From Lytechinus pictus (lineage: Eukaryota): DNA of 64,000 bases. The stretch covers positions 17,362,001 through 17,426,000 of the forward strand of contig NC_087252.1 in NCBI RefSeq assembly GCF_037042905.1, read 5' to 3'. This document shows positions 13,574 through 25,389 of the stretch, in pieces. The position numbers and the translations under genes are program-made. Every line of letters begins with the position of its first letter. The stretch's first letter is position 1. The notes under the pieces are model-generated. The model did not search any database. It worked only from the letters and a program-made list of their open reading frames with translations, and was not told where the DNA came from.

Positions 13574-13869
13574 AATCTGCTCAACGTCTCTCTCATTCAC
13601 CAGTGCTGAAAGAATCCAGACTTCGGAGAAAATATCAGCCCGGGTCGGAATTTGAAGACTACTGTCTTGTCAATCATGCAATGTACACCATGAACGCGCG
13701 TAGTCTCGGGCGATGCGCTGTAGCCTGCTCAGAAAAACAAGATTGTTTCTCCCTCACCTATCATGGAGGCGATGGTGGCGTCTGTGAGATGTATGACGTC
13801 ACAGAGGCAGAAGTTCCGGCAAGTGATTTCGTCGAACGACCCGGATGTATCTACTACGAAAAGATATAG
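13574..13869 (+). CDS. C-type lectin/PAN-domain gene, exon 4 (PAN/apple-like domain, stop)
   Basis: Pyrimidine tract + GACAG|, phase 1. Reads ...YCLVNHAMYTMNARSLGRCAVACSEKQDCFSLTYHGGDGGVCEMYD...GCIYYEKI*, with C-xxx-C-x5-C-x-S...C spacing and terminal YY typical of PAN modules. Joined CDS is 807 nt, in frame. Confidence 0.87.
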
Positions 13870-14072
13870 TTTTGATCTCTCGACACGAAGATAGAAGTAT
13901 ATACTTGTTTGTGTAACGACGAATGAATAGGAATGAATTTTGTCATTTATTACAAACAAGGAATAGATTATAGAGGAAGGAGTGGAGCTCTCAAAAATGA
14001 AAGGTAATGTCACACTCTTCGCCAGTGCCCAAGATGTGACCCCAAAATATTTTGAAATCGTATATAGTACTG

Positions 14073-14185
<113 letters not shown>

Positions 14186-14269
14186 TTCCTGATATATTTC
14201 CTGATATATTTCCTGATATTATTTCCTGATATATATATATATTTATATATATATATATATATGTATATT

Positions 14270-14301
14270 TCCTGATGAAGCCCTATGGGCGAAAATTTGA
14301 T
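14270..14301 (+). ncRNA. Minimal type I hammerhead motif (Penelope-like element type), stem I eroded
   Basis: TC-CTGATGA-A-GCCC(TAT)GGGC-GAAA-AT-TT-GAT. Palindromic AAATTT replaces stem III; the 5' side abuts a (TA)n tract. Confidence 0.6.
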
Positions 14302-14344
14302 CAACTTTTCTCTCTACGGTTGTTTTATTCATCTTGTATTTTGC

Positions 14345-14405
<61 letters not shown>

Positions 14406-14483
14406 GTATATACATTTGACCTCTGTAATCCATTGTGTACGGGTCATGCCCATATAACCTACTTGTATAACCTACACTCAATC

Positions 14484-14557
14484 ACTTCACTTTGTACCTG
14501 AAGAGTGGGAGCAGCGTTCTTGATGTTCCTACGAAACAGATCTGTAGTGCATGAAGT
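14484..14557 (+). ncRNA. Type I hammerhead ribozyme (complete core)
   Basis: Stem I ACTTCA/TGAAGT + TGTAC/GTGCA with a CTT bulge; core CTGAAGA 14498-14504; 9-bp stem II GTGGGAGCA/TGTTCCTAC closed by G-C; GAAA 14533-6; palindromic stem III ACAGATCTGT; cleavage triplet GTA 14544-6. Confidence 0.85.
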
Positions 14558-14666
14558 TACGCTAATTTCTACTTGTTTGTTTGTTGCTCCTATATAGTCG
14601 ATCACTCTTAACATGGTGTTTTGCACTATTCATATGTGGATTATATATGTATAGATATATATATAC

Positions 14667-14767
<101 letters not shown>

Positions 14768-16095
14768 ATTAAATGTATATAAAGATCATGGATTTAAGGA
14801 ATTACAATAGTAGAAATGTTATGTAGATTGAGCCCGGAAACGTGTGTTGTTAATAATTCAGATAACTTTAATATTTCTGAGTAAGTAAGGGTTCTATATT
14901 AATACAGAACTGAGATTCTCTCCCACGAATACAAAGTAATTGCTTTGTATGTTATGTAATTAGTAAAAGAATTGAATATTATGTAATTCTCATTTTCGCA
15001 CCTTTTATATACCGTCTCGTCGGTGTGATTTCTGCACTTACATAGCAGCAACAACCAACATAGATCGTTGAAGTAGAGACCTATTCAGTTGCCCCCTCCC
15101 CTTTTGAGAGCCATAAAAAAATAGTGGGAATGTCTTGCATACGCAAGTGATGTAAGTGAAGACTCCAACCCTTTTTTGCTTGTCATTTTTAGAACAAAAA
15201 TAGATACCCCCTTTTTTGGAAAATCTTGGATCCACCCATGTGCCTATGTGGGTGCTTAATAGTAGCCACTGGATTGTGGAGGGTGATGAACGCTTACCAC
15301 TTTGCAAAGACGGAAACTCATATTGTCCAGGATCAAAAATGTAACCAGCGGATGAACTGAAATTGGGCCTACTATTCTTTCTTTGTTCGTTTTGATATTG
15401 GATCATCCGGCACCGTTGGGCATGCCAAAGGCGTTGAACTCAGCTCATATTGGGATTTAAAGCGAAATACATCGTGATTCGCTGTTCCCAAGCTTCGCTA
15501 GATAAGCATATCGAAATCAAATAATTTTGCTTTTAATTGGGCTGAGGGAATTGACTTTACCATTAGTTAACATCAAATAAAACAAAGAATATGTATATTA
15601 TTTAGCTTGATTCGACATTATCCGTATGTGCTTGTAAGAAAAAACGAGGAATAAACATTGCATAAAGGTTTTTTTTTTTTCTACAGGTACACTGCAAAAA
15701 ATAGACGTGTTAAAAATACGCAAATCGGCATTGTTAAAACAACCGCGCCAAGCACCTGACACCACTTTTTCATTGCATGCATACTTTTATTATTTTATAT
15801 TGTTCAGGATTAATTAACGTATAATGCATATTGATTGTATATGTGTATGCTATGTCCTCTTTGAACACATACTTTACTTGCAGTGGACAGGTAACAGGGA
15901 AGGTTTTTCTTCTATTTCCTCTATGTTTGAAATATGTTTTTGCATGTATATTTTACTGAAAATTGATGGGAATAAATGGTGTAAGTTCTACATCTATTAG
16001 TTCAAAACCCATTTGTTGTTATTGTATTTATTAAAGGGCATACGAACTACAGCAGCCTTAATTGCCCCATCTCGAGTCCTTAATTATCTGACCAG

Positions 16096-16251
16096 GGCTC
16101 CGTAACACAAAGATTTGCGATGAATTGCAAATATGAAAGAACCGCACTGATTGGTCCCTGGTCAGTATTCTAAACCTAATGCGCGTGTAACATTGATATT
16201 GATTGGTCAGTTCATTTAGCGATTGATCGCTAATATTTGTGTTACGGAGCC
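16096..16251. mobile_element. Harbinger-type MITE
   Basis: CAG|GGCTCCGTAACACAAA...TTTGTGTTACGGAGCC|CAG (3-bp TSD). Similar termini at ~286-415. Confidence 0.8.
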
Positions 16252-18574
16252 CAGGTCTATTACCCATAATGCAACGTTCTGAGCAGTTTAGTCTTGCAAT
16301 ATAAGCCCACTTGATTGATGAAACACACTAATTTCCTACACAATATAGTCATACCGCTGTAATTATGTTACCAAATACATAGTACAATAGGTATCTTTCC
16401 TTTGGATATTATTTTATTTTCTTTACACTAATAGAGTCATAGGCGAATGTATCGTCTAGATCTGCATCATTAATATTTATGTCAAAATGTTTATCTTAAT
16501 CCCCCGGCTTTAAGACTCGCCATTTAAAACACGCGGTCAATGAGAGACAACGCATAATGTTTGTCATTTGCCCCCCCCCCCCCTTCGATCTTTTTTTTTA
16601 ATTGACTCTATTTATATTCAATCTCCACGGTGTATGCTTACGTTTATAGCAGCTGGGGGCACGATCCTCTTACAACAACTATCAACACACTATAGTTTTT
16701 TCACTGTAAAAATTACTAGATTAGTCGTCAGTTGGATGCAGATATTGTGTCTAGTCATTATCATGTTTCACTATTAATTCTATATACGAAAATGTCAGTG
16801 TTCTAGTAAAATTATAATGTTAGAAATGGCGATTAGATCTGAAAATGGCACATTGTAAGCACTTATGTCTCACTACACTGACTGATAAGCAGCCTAATGC
16901 AAATCGAAAGAGTGTGCGGAAAACATCGGACAAACTGACTTCAAAAGACACGATTCAACGACTGTTAAATGGAATTCCTGAAGAGGATACATATCTGACT
17001 TATCAGCTGATAAACTAATACGAGTTGAAAATTTGCTTATGTTCGTTTAGCACTTTATTCAAATCATGAATATGATGTGCATCTCTCCAAAACAAATAAT
17101 GAAACTTGAATAGTAAGCACAATAGTTTGTGCATATTAAATTTAATACGTGCTATTTTAAACACTATGTTACCCTCTTGTCCAGATTATTATGCCACTCA
17201 ACAGACATTGCAAGCGCGAAGCGCGAGCGAAATTGTTATTTCATTTCATAACCTGAAAGTGACTTGTTCAATTATCCAAGTATCCCCTCCCCTTATTCAA
17301 TTCACCTTTTTACCTTTTCTTATCATTCTTAACTCTGATTCTTCTCCCCTCTTTCCTTTTTTTTTATATTTCTTTTCTTTTCCAATTTCCCGGGTTTGTT
17401 TGCTAGGAAAAAGGGGGAATAGCGAGGATGTTTCAATCCCCTGGATAGCGTAGCAAATTGAAGTTTACACAAACAAATGATATCTGTGCGGAGCAAGAGT
17501 CATTAGCGCAAAGCCCTCAACAGTGGGCGGGCGGCGTCACGTTCAGTCTGTGACACTGCAATAGATTTTGTTTTTCTTTTGTTTCTTTGTCTGTTTATTT
17601 ATTTATTTCGATCTTTATTTCTTCCCTCCGTTCTGTTTTTTTTTTTCATTATTTCATTCTTCTTTTGTTACTTTTTTTCTTCCCTAAATTCCTCCACCCT
17701 CTTTCTCCGTTTTCTTTTATGCCTTTACGATATTTTTTGAGGGGGACTGTCAACCACTTGGAATTTAGGCGGGACGTGTCCCCCTCCCCCTGCTTAATCC
17801 GACTAATTACTTCTTTGTCACTTTTATAGCCTAGCTGTACAGAGCACGCGCTCGTCTATAATGAGCACAACTAAAGAACGCATCACTCATTACCGTGTGG
17901 CATAGACAAGCATGCAGGTTTACGGACAAGGGCACGGAAAACTCGTTATCGTATTCTTCAATATTGGCAACTCGGACAGTAATAGTAATATTTATTAAAT
18001 ATCCGCTTTTGCAAGCTCCATCCCGTTTGCAATGGCCAGCTGGCAAAATAATTTGTTAGTTAGGCCTATAACGAAATAATAGTCGGGCGGAAATGAATTT
18101 CTTCGGAAGGTCATAAGATGTGATATCGCCCTGATGAAGACTACGTACGATCCGGATGTCTCGCACGATAGTACAGTTAAAACTGAACTAACATATACCA
18201 TGCATACTCCGAGTATATCTTTATCAGGGGCAGCTTATCTGACACTCATTTGGACATATAGTTCTTCACTAATTCGTGGCTACATCAAAGTAGAGGGGTT
18301 CTGCCTAATCATAAGAAAGGTGAGTTCACGACAGCACTTCTGGATAGCTTCCGTACCTATAATACAACTTAAGCTAGTCACATATAGCCGCAATACATAG
18401 GCAGTATGACTAGTTCGAGTAACGTGTTTTAGAATATATATATATGTGATTTGAGAATTTCCATAATACGATGGAATATTTTATGAATTGATGGATTGCT
18501 TGACCCCGTGTTGTGTTGTGCTCGAATATAGGCCGGCCCAATTAAATATATTCTTACTAGTACAGTAATAGGGT

Positions 18575-19109
18575 CCCGGGGGGGCCACATACATTGACGA
18601 GTGGATACCATGCGCGACCAAAAAAACACGTAAAAAGGGTGTCTTTTTCAAAATAGGGCACGTTACGTACGTAACGTGATAAGGGTGTCAAAAACACAAA
18701 AATAATGAAAAAAGGGTATCTATTTCGCTAGGATTGCTACGTGTTTAGGGTCAAATTTGCGGGGATGATAAAACAAAATTAAAATGTTTTATAAAGGATG
18801 TCCTTTTTGCCCCATTTGCGCGAGGTGTGGAAGGTGGGACCGTACTAAACCAAATGGTGTGTAAAGGTAAAACCGACGACCGACGGACCCGTGACATAAC
18901 AATACAATATCGCTGTACCTGTTTAGGGGTTCATTTCAATTGCCAAGATTATCGTTTTGTTTCCAATACTTGTTAAGGGTAGGGTTTCAGACGTCAATAC
19001 TTGTTAAAGGGTGCATTTTCAGAATATGGAAAATACGTGTTTAGGGTGCTTTTCGAGACCCCATGGTCGCGCATGGTATCCACTCGTCAATGGAAGTGGC
19101 CCCCCCGGG
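18575..19109. mobile_element. MITE with CCCGGGGGG termini and 8-bp TSD
   Basis: TSD AATAGGGT at 18567-74 and 19110-17; TIR CCCGGGGGGGCCAC...CATTGACGAGTGGATACCATGCGCGACCA. Confidence 0.85.
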
Positions 19110-20245
19110 AATAGGGTAGATGTGTAGTACGTCAATGTTTCTACCGACTAGCTCCCCTAGCTCCTTCATATTCAAAACTATTACTGCCTAAGTAAGCCAG
19201 CACATCTTCCTCCACACAATTATTAATCATCCCTCCAATATCAACAGACACATAAAAAAAAATTCCTGAAACAATTGATTCTGAAATTCAAATCGGCTCC
19301 TAAAAAGTACTTAAAAATGTAACCGATTCCACAAAGCGGACTCAGTAGCACATATTATTTCTTTTTTATTCTGAAGCGCAAATTTATATTATAGGATATA
19401 CCGGCGCTATATAAATACATTATTTACAAAGATGCCATAGTTTTCCGAATACTTTCATTTTTAGAATTCTAATTGCTAGGCCTATATATTCTGGGATACA
19501 ATGTTAAGTATAAGGTACGTTAATTTTAATATAACCATGGTAATACGTCCGTGTAGATTACATGCATTTTAGAAGATTAGAGAGGCATGGTCAGGTTTAG
19601 TTAGTGTCATATCCCCACTTTCCTTTTTCTTACATAAATGTTATTACATGAAATCATAATTGTTTCATTTTCCATACATGTGTAAATGATGTGTCTCCAT
19701 TATGATGAAATAAGTTGCAGCAAAAAATAACTAATGCACTTTATCAGTTGTCAATCCAATTGTTTTAGTTCTTGGAAGAAATTTTTTGAATAAACTTTTT
19801 TTCATATAATAAAATATAAAAGAACAAGTTGTGATATGACATCATCAGCCCACCTAATGAATTTTCATAAAGACATGCATGCCTTGAACTGTTTCACCGG
19901 AATAATGCAAATCTTTAGAATTCAATAACTTTGTTATTTGTTATCCAATTTAATTTTCAGCATTTTGCTCAGTGAATTTTATTCTATTTTTGAGATGTAA
20001 ATATTTCCAGCCTGGGCAATCCCTTTAAACAGCCATACTTGATTAATTGAGAAGTAAATATTATAAATTGATCTTTGTTGCTCAAGAACTTAAACAATTG
20101 TTTAATCTGTTTAAACAACTACGGTACGCTTCATATAGTAAACGGTGTTGTTTAAATTTGTCACTGTGTATGGGATGTTGCCCTCTTCCTCTTTGTCTTC
20201 ACACCTTGTCCATCTATCTTGTTATGACAGAAAGGGATCATTTCC

Positions 20246-20629
20246 CTCCCCCTTTTCAAGTTTACTGATGGTTTATCGGTAGCTGTGGGTAGTCTGCTGT
20301 GAAAACCCTTCACTCGAGGTAAGGGTCTGAATGTGTAGCCTACTCGTGCCTTGTGTACTGAAGGCGCTCTCGCTGAATCGAAACGGCAAGTTTTGTATAT
20401 GTGCTATCATGAAGCTATTATGGTGCTATAGTCCTTGCGTGAGACACACTTACTCACGCAAGGACTAACACGTACCAAGGAGATCTCCTTGCACATACAA
20501 AACTTGCTGTGACTTCAGTACACAAGGCTTGAGTAGGCTGCACATTCAGACCCTTACCTCGAGTGAAGGGTTTTCACAGCAGACTACCCATAGCTACCGA
20601 TAAACCATCAGTAAACTTGAAAAGGGGAG
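20246..20629. mobile_element. Near-perfect palindromic element (MITE-like)
   Basis: ~115-bp arms CTCCCC.TTTTCAAGTTTACTGATGG... / ...CCATCAGTAAACTTGAAAAGGGGAG, plus inner hairpin TAGTCCTTGCGTGAG/CTCACGCAAGGACTA. Confidence 0.75.
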
Positions 20630-21289
20630 TAATCAAAGTTTCAATCAGGGTCTGTGCCTGCAGACTAAGCTGTAGCCATATCTCTTGATTCTGGCTTTTA
20701 CGAGCCACGTGACTGCAGCTATAGATAGATAATAGGTGTGAATAGGTCTATGTCGTTATCAGATGGCAGATAAATCTTGTAGCATCCGTGCCTCCGTTAC
20801 CATCGTAACGCACTATTAGTTTGAATCTTGTGAATTATTGGGGTTTTAACTTTGATCAATGATTCTGTGAAATCATGACCGTGTGCTTCTTTAAATATTT
20901 GGCTTTAATTCCTCTTTTTGTGTTCCTACACGATTATAAAATTAATAAAGATAATTTATGGCCCAGTCTATGCATTTGAGTACAGCTATATGCTCAAGTT
21001 CCTCGTTCTGCCAAGTAAAGATGCCGAGTATATGTGGGGTTACAAATTATTACAAATTACGTTACAAATTGATACAGAGGTTCGGGGTTCGAGCCCTGGT
21101 CACGTCTTTCGGATGGTGACGTTAAAGGTCGGTCCCAGACGTAAATAATCATATCTGATTGATACACGTCTGACAAAACTCCAACACACACACATACATA
21201 TATAGAGAGACAGTCATAGCTATCCAATTAGACATTCATTTGGTTTTCATTTATTCACTCCCAGAAAATTGGAGTGAATGTGGAAATGT

Positions 21290-21630
21290 GGAAGCGCCGT
21301 GGTATAGTGGTTCTGACTCTCGCCTTGTAATCAGAGGGTCGTGTGTTTGAATCCCACCGCGGTATAGCGTCCTTTGACAAGGCGTCAATCCACACTTTGC
21401 CACTCTCGACCCAGGTGCTCAATGGGTACCCGGTAGGATGCGAAAGCCTATGCAGTATGCCTAGCAATTGAGTCTTGGAACTCTTGTTGGAATGCTCCCC
21501 AGGGAGTGGAGAAGGTACATACATTGTATGCGGGCATGCAAGGATCCGATGACCGGGGTAATGATATATCTGTAAACCGCTTAGAGACGTCGTTCTGATG
21601 TGTTAAGCTATATAAATGCGGAATATTAAG
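21290..21630 (+). mobile_element. tRNA-derived SINE
   Basis: A box TGGTATAGTGG, B box GTTTGAATCCC, central CACTCTCGACCCAGGTG..AATGGGTACC domain, LINE-like tail TGTAAA.CGCTTAGAGAC...TATATAAAT. Confidence 0.85.
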
Positions 21631-22399
21631 TGCATTAGCCAATAAATCAATAAAATACGTCGGACCTAACATTTGGGAATCACAACCTTGAATTTGTAAC
21701 AATAATTTAAAATTCAAGAAAAAATATGAAGGATTTGTGTCCCTCCAAATTCTTTAAATGATATTTGTCTAAATTACTCTCATAATCGAAATGCATGAAT
21801 GATGTCCATATCTTAACATGCTATTGGGGCATTATTTTAGTTTTTGTATATATTAATTCATTTTTTCTGGTTTTTATGAATACCTACATCGAGTCATGTT
21901 ATAGTTAAACCAGTTATTTACATACAATGTTATTTAAGGGACTCTGCACTTCAGACATATTTTGTTTATGCTTAGTTCCCACTCAGTATCATTATTATCA
22001 ATGTAACATTATATTCTTTCATTTATTCATTATTATACATGGTGAAATATATAATAAACAAAATAGAAAGTTTAAGTGAATTTGAACCAAGGTAATGGGA
22101 AAGTTGTACTTGAGTGACGTCACAGATGATGGCACATTACCAATAGGCCTACATAAAATAGAGGATTTGCATGACATTGATTTTCTTAATAATCAAAATG
22201 CTTCAAATAGTAGAGGGAAACCCCAGTGTAGAGGTCCACCAATCCTGTACTCCCCCAATCAGTTTGAGTATTGTATATCGGGAGGAGAGACCTGCGGATC
22301 ATCGTGATTCAGGTCGCTTTTCGCCTCCCAGACAGGGACAGGTGACGCCAAACAAATGATAATGATAATAACTCCATTATCCATTCCATCTTTCTCAAT

Positions 22400-22806
22400 T
22401 TTCATTGATAATAATAGTATTATTAATAATGATAATATTAATAATAATAGTAAAAATAAGAATATTAAAAATAACAATAATAATAATGATAATGATATTA
22501 ATAACAATGAAAATAATTATACTTGCAAACGCTTAACATCTACTTTATCAGAAGCCTCTTAGTGCTCTAAAAATACAATATATGCATCATACATGTAATT
22601 ACACTGGCTTTAGCAGAGCAGCTGTTACGCGCACTGCCGCGTTTCAAGGGAATAAATTCCTGCCAGGAATCCATTCACCTCACCTGGGTTGAGTGCAACT
22701 CAATGTTGGTAAATTTCTTGCTGAAGGAAACACACCACATGGTTTGGATCGAACTCCCGTCCCTCAGATTGAAAGACGAGAGTCATAACCACTAGATCAC
22801 GATGCA
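22400..22806 (-). mobile_element. tRNA-derived SINE with (AAT)n tail
   Basis: Minus strand A box TGATCTAGTGG, B box GTTCGATCC, central CACTCAACCCAGGTGAGGTGAATGG. Remnants at ~57530-57656 and ~58385-58520. Confidence 0.8.
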
Positions 22807-24526
22807 TCCATTGATTTCTCATCGATGTGTTCCTTTGATTAAATTCAACTGGTTTCAAAGGGTTACATTGTCCTTTAAGCCTACCCCAATGACCGAATAA
22901 TTTACAAATGAATATTGAATGGCAGTGATTAGGTATACTGCTAATAGACCCTTATGTATTTAACGATGAATAATGTAGGTCACGAAGTTAGGTTCTACGA
23001 TGGTGAAGCAATATAACGTCAGGAGACAAATATTGACTCTTTGTTGTGACCAAAATATGAGTCAATTTCAACAAAGGTATTGGTGAAAACCTTTATGACC
23101 AACAAGTCAAGGCGTGTGAACAATCTGTATGATTTAATTTCAATTCCCAAACTATCTTGATAGTGATTTTCTTATTTCCACTATTGGTTGTGGGCTTCAC
23201 CTTTTTTTTCATGTTTAGACGAAGGTGCTGATTCCGAATCTGAATGATGACAGTCGTGTAAACTTGAGCCTTTTCCGCACGCAAATTGGCAAAATGCAAT
23301 ATGCCGCCAAAATATGCGAGTTACCCATGAAAATTATAAAATTGCCAACACATGGCAATAAAATACATGTTATTGTGTTGCAGGAGTGAAATACTCTCTG
23401 GAAAAAAAAAGATTTTTGACAAAATATTTATTGTCTTGATATTCAAAATGGCCACCATAGGCCCTTGTAGATATTTTATGTACAATATAAATGGGGAAAA
23501 TTAAGTTCCACAAAAGTGAACACCAAAGTACAAGTAATTGTGATATATGAGCGAAGCAACGTCTGAAAACATGATTGCTGACGAAATATATAATTTTTTA
23601 TGTCATGTGTGTGATAAAATATGTATTTTTATATTCGAAATGGCCTCCAAACGTCCTAACACTGTTATGTACAACGTAAACGGGACCCCCAACAAAAAAT
23701 CACAAGAGTGAGCACTAAAATGCATTTTATTAAGAAAAACGAGTGGAATACTGACAGAAAAACACATTGCTAACGAAATGTATTATTTAATATGCCTTGT
23801 ATCTGATAAATCCTGTATTTTTATTTTTTAAATGGCCACCAAACGCCCTGACAATATTATGTGCAATATACAAGAGAGGACAAAAACAATTACAAGGGTG
23901 AGCACTGAAATTCATGTATTCGTGGTAAATTAGTGGAATACTGCATAAAGATATATTTTCTAACGCAATATTTTATATCAGGCTTGATGTCTGTGTCACA
24001 TATTGTATTATTGACTTTCAAATCGGCCGCCATACACATACGATAAGGGATCGTCTATGGCGGCCATTTCAATGTCAAAATGCAGCATGTATCACCTTAA
24101 TGACACAAGATATGATATATTTTGTTAGAAACCATGGTTTCAGACATCGCAAATATATGCAATATCTAAAGTCAAACAAAGCCAAGTTCTATCAAAATCC
24201 TCTGTCCTCAGTTACAATGTAGGCCTACATAATACTTTTAGGGCCTGTGGCAGCCATTTTGAATTTCAATATGTGATATATTTAGGTAGAAATCATGCTC
24301 AAGACGATATTTTACCCATACATCACATTTACGTGTAATTTATGGTTCTCATTCTTGTAAAATTTGTTTCCCCATGTTACATAATTTAGTTATAGCTTGT
24401 AGCGGCCAGTTTTAAAGTTAAAATACAGTTTTTATGACCTACATGGCAGAATAAACGCTATGTTTTATAAAAAATCACGTTTTGAAACAATAATTTCTCA
24501 TATAGCAGAATTATATGGATTTCATA

Positions 24527-25389
24527 CACTGTAACAAAAAATTCTGAATCAGTAGTTGACACTTAATGTATATATTAAGTAGAATTTATAATTTGTAATA
24601 ACTTTTCGTTTTTTCAGTAGTTTTAACTTGTCTTTTAATTTACCTGATTTACTTGATGTATTTGGGTTCAATATACATTTAAGAAAATTCACGTATTGCT
24701 AGCTTGCTTCGATTGAGTAAATCTAACTCAATTTGGCAAAGATGATTATTAGCCAATAATCATGTTGAATTTCCTTTTTTTTTTATTAACGCCTTATTTA
24801 AATAATGAATGAATATTCATTAGAGCAAGTAAATGTTTTTTTTAATAACTGTCATTTCTATTTGTATTTTAAATTGTTTTGGATAAGGGTGTGCCAACTA
24901 TTTTATTTGTTTGTTTAATCAAAGAAAGAGCAACATTAAATGGTCATTTAGCTGAAAATTTCAGATTTCTTTCTAGGTTTTCGGAAAATGCTTATATTAT
25001 TCTCACTGTTTTATTTGTAAGAATGAAAAGATCGAGTATAAATATCAATGTCAGTACCTACACATGTACAGGTAAGTGACAATGCACAAAGTCTAATATT
25101 TGGATATAAGATGTCTAAGATGAAAATGATGCCACTAAAGTGGGACGATGGGGGAGCGGACTTTCGAATCACGAAAATTCACTCCCAAATATTATTTTTT
25201 TCAAATATTTTAGTGATTGTTTTACTTACTTGAATTAAGTTATTGTAACTTAAATTTCTTGAGTAAAATGGATGCAAAGAAAATAAGTAAATTTTACTGA
25301 AAACTGCCAAACTCATAAATACTTGAAAATATTAAGGCAATTTTTTGCCACAATTTTATTGAGTAATTTCAACTAATTTTTTTACGGTG
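24527..25389. mobile_element. CACTG-type element inserted in the old foldback
   Basis: TA|CACTGTAACAAAAAA...TTTTTTTACGGTG|TA; host sequence resumes on both sides. Confidence 0.7.

Noticed and set aside
17004..17038. CTGATAAACT...AGTTGAAAATTTG, hammerhead-like
   Set aside because: Core G8 is missing and stem I does not pair in register.
18128..18186. CTGATGAAGACT...hairpin...AGTTAAAAC, hammerhead-like
   Set aside because: GAAA is replaced by AAAA and there is no convincing stem I/III; at best a dead relic.
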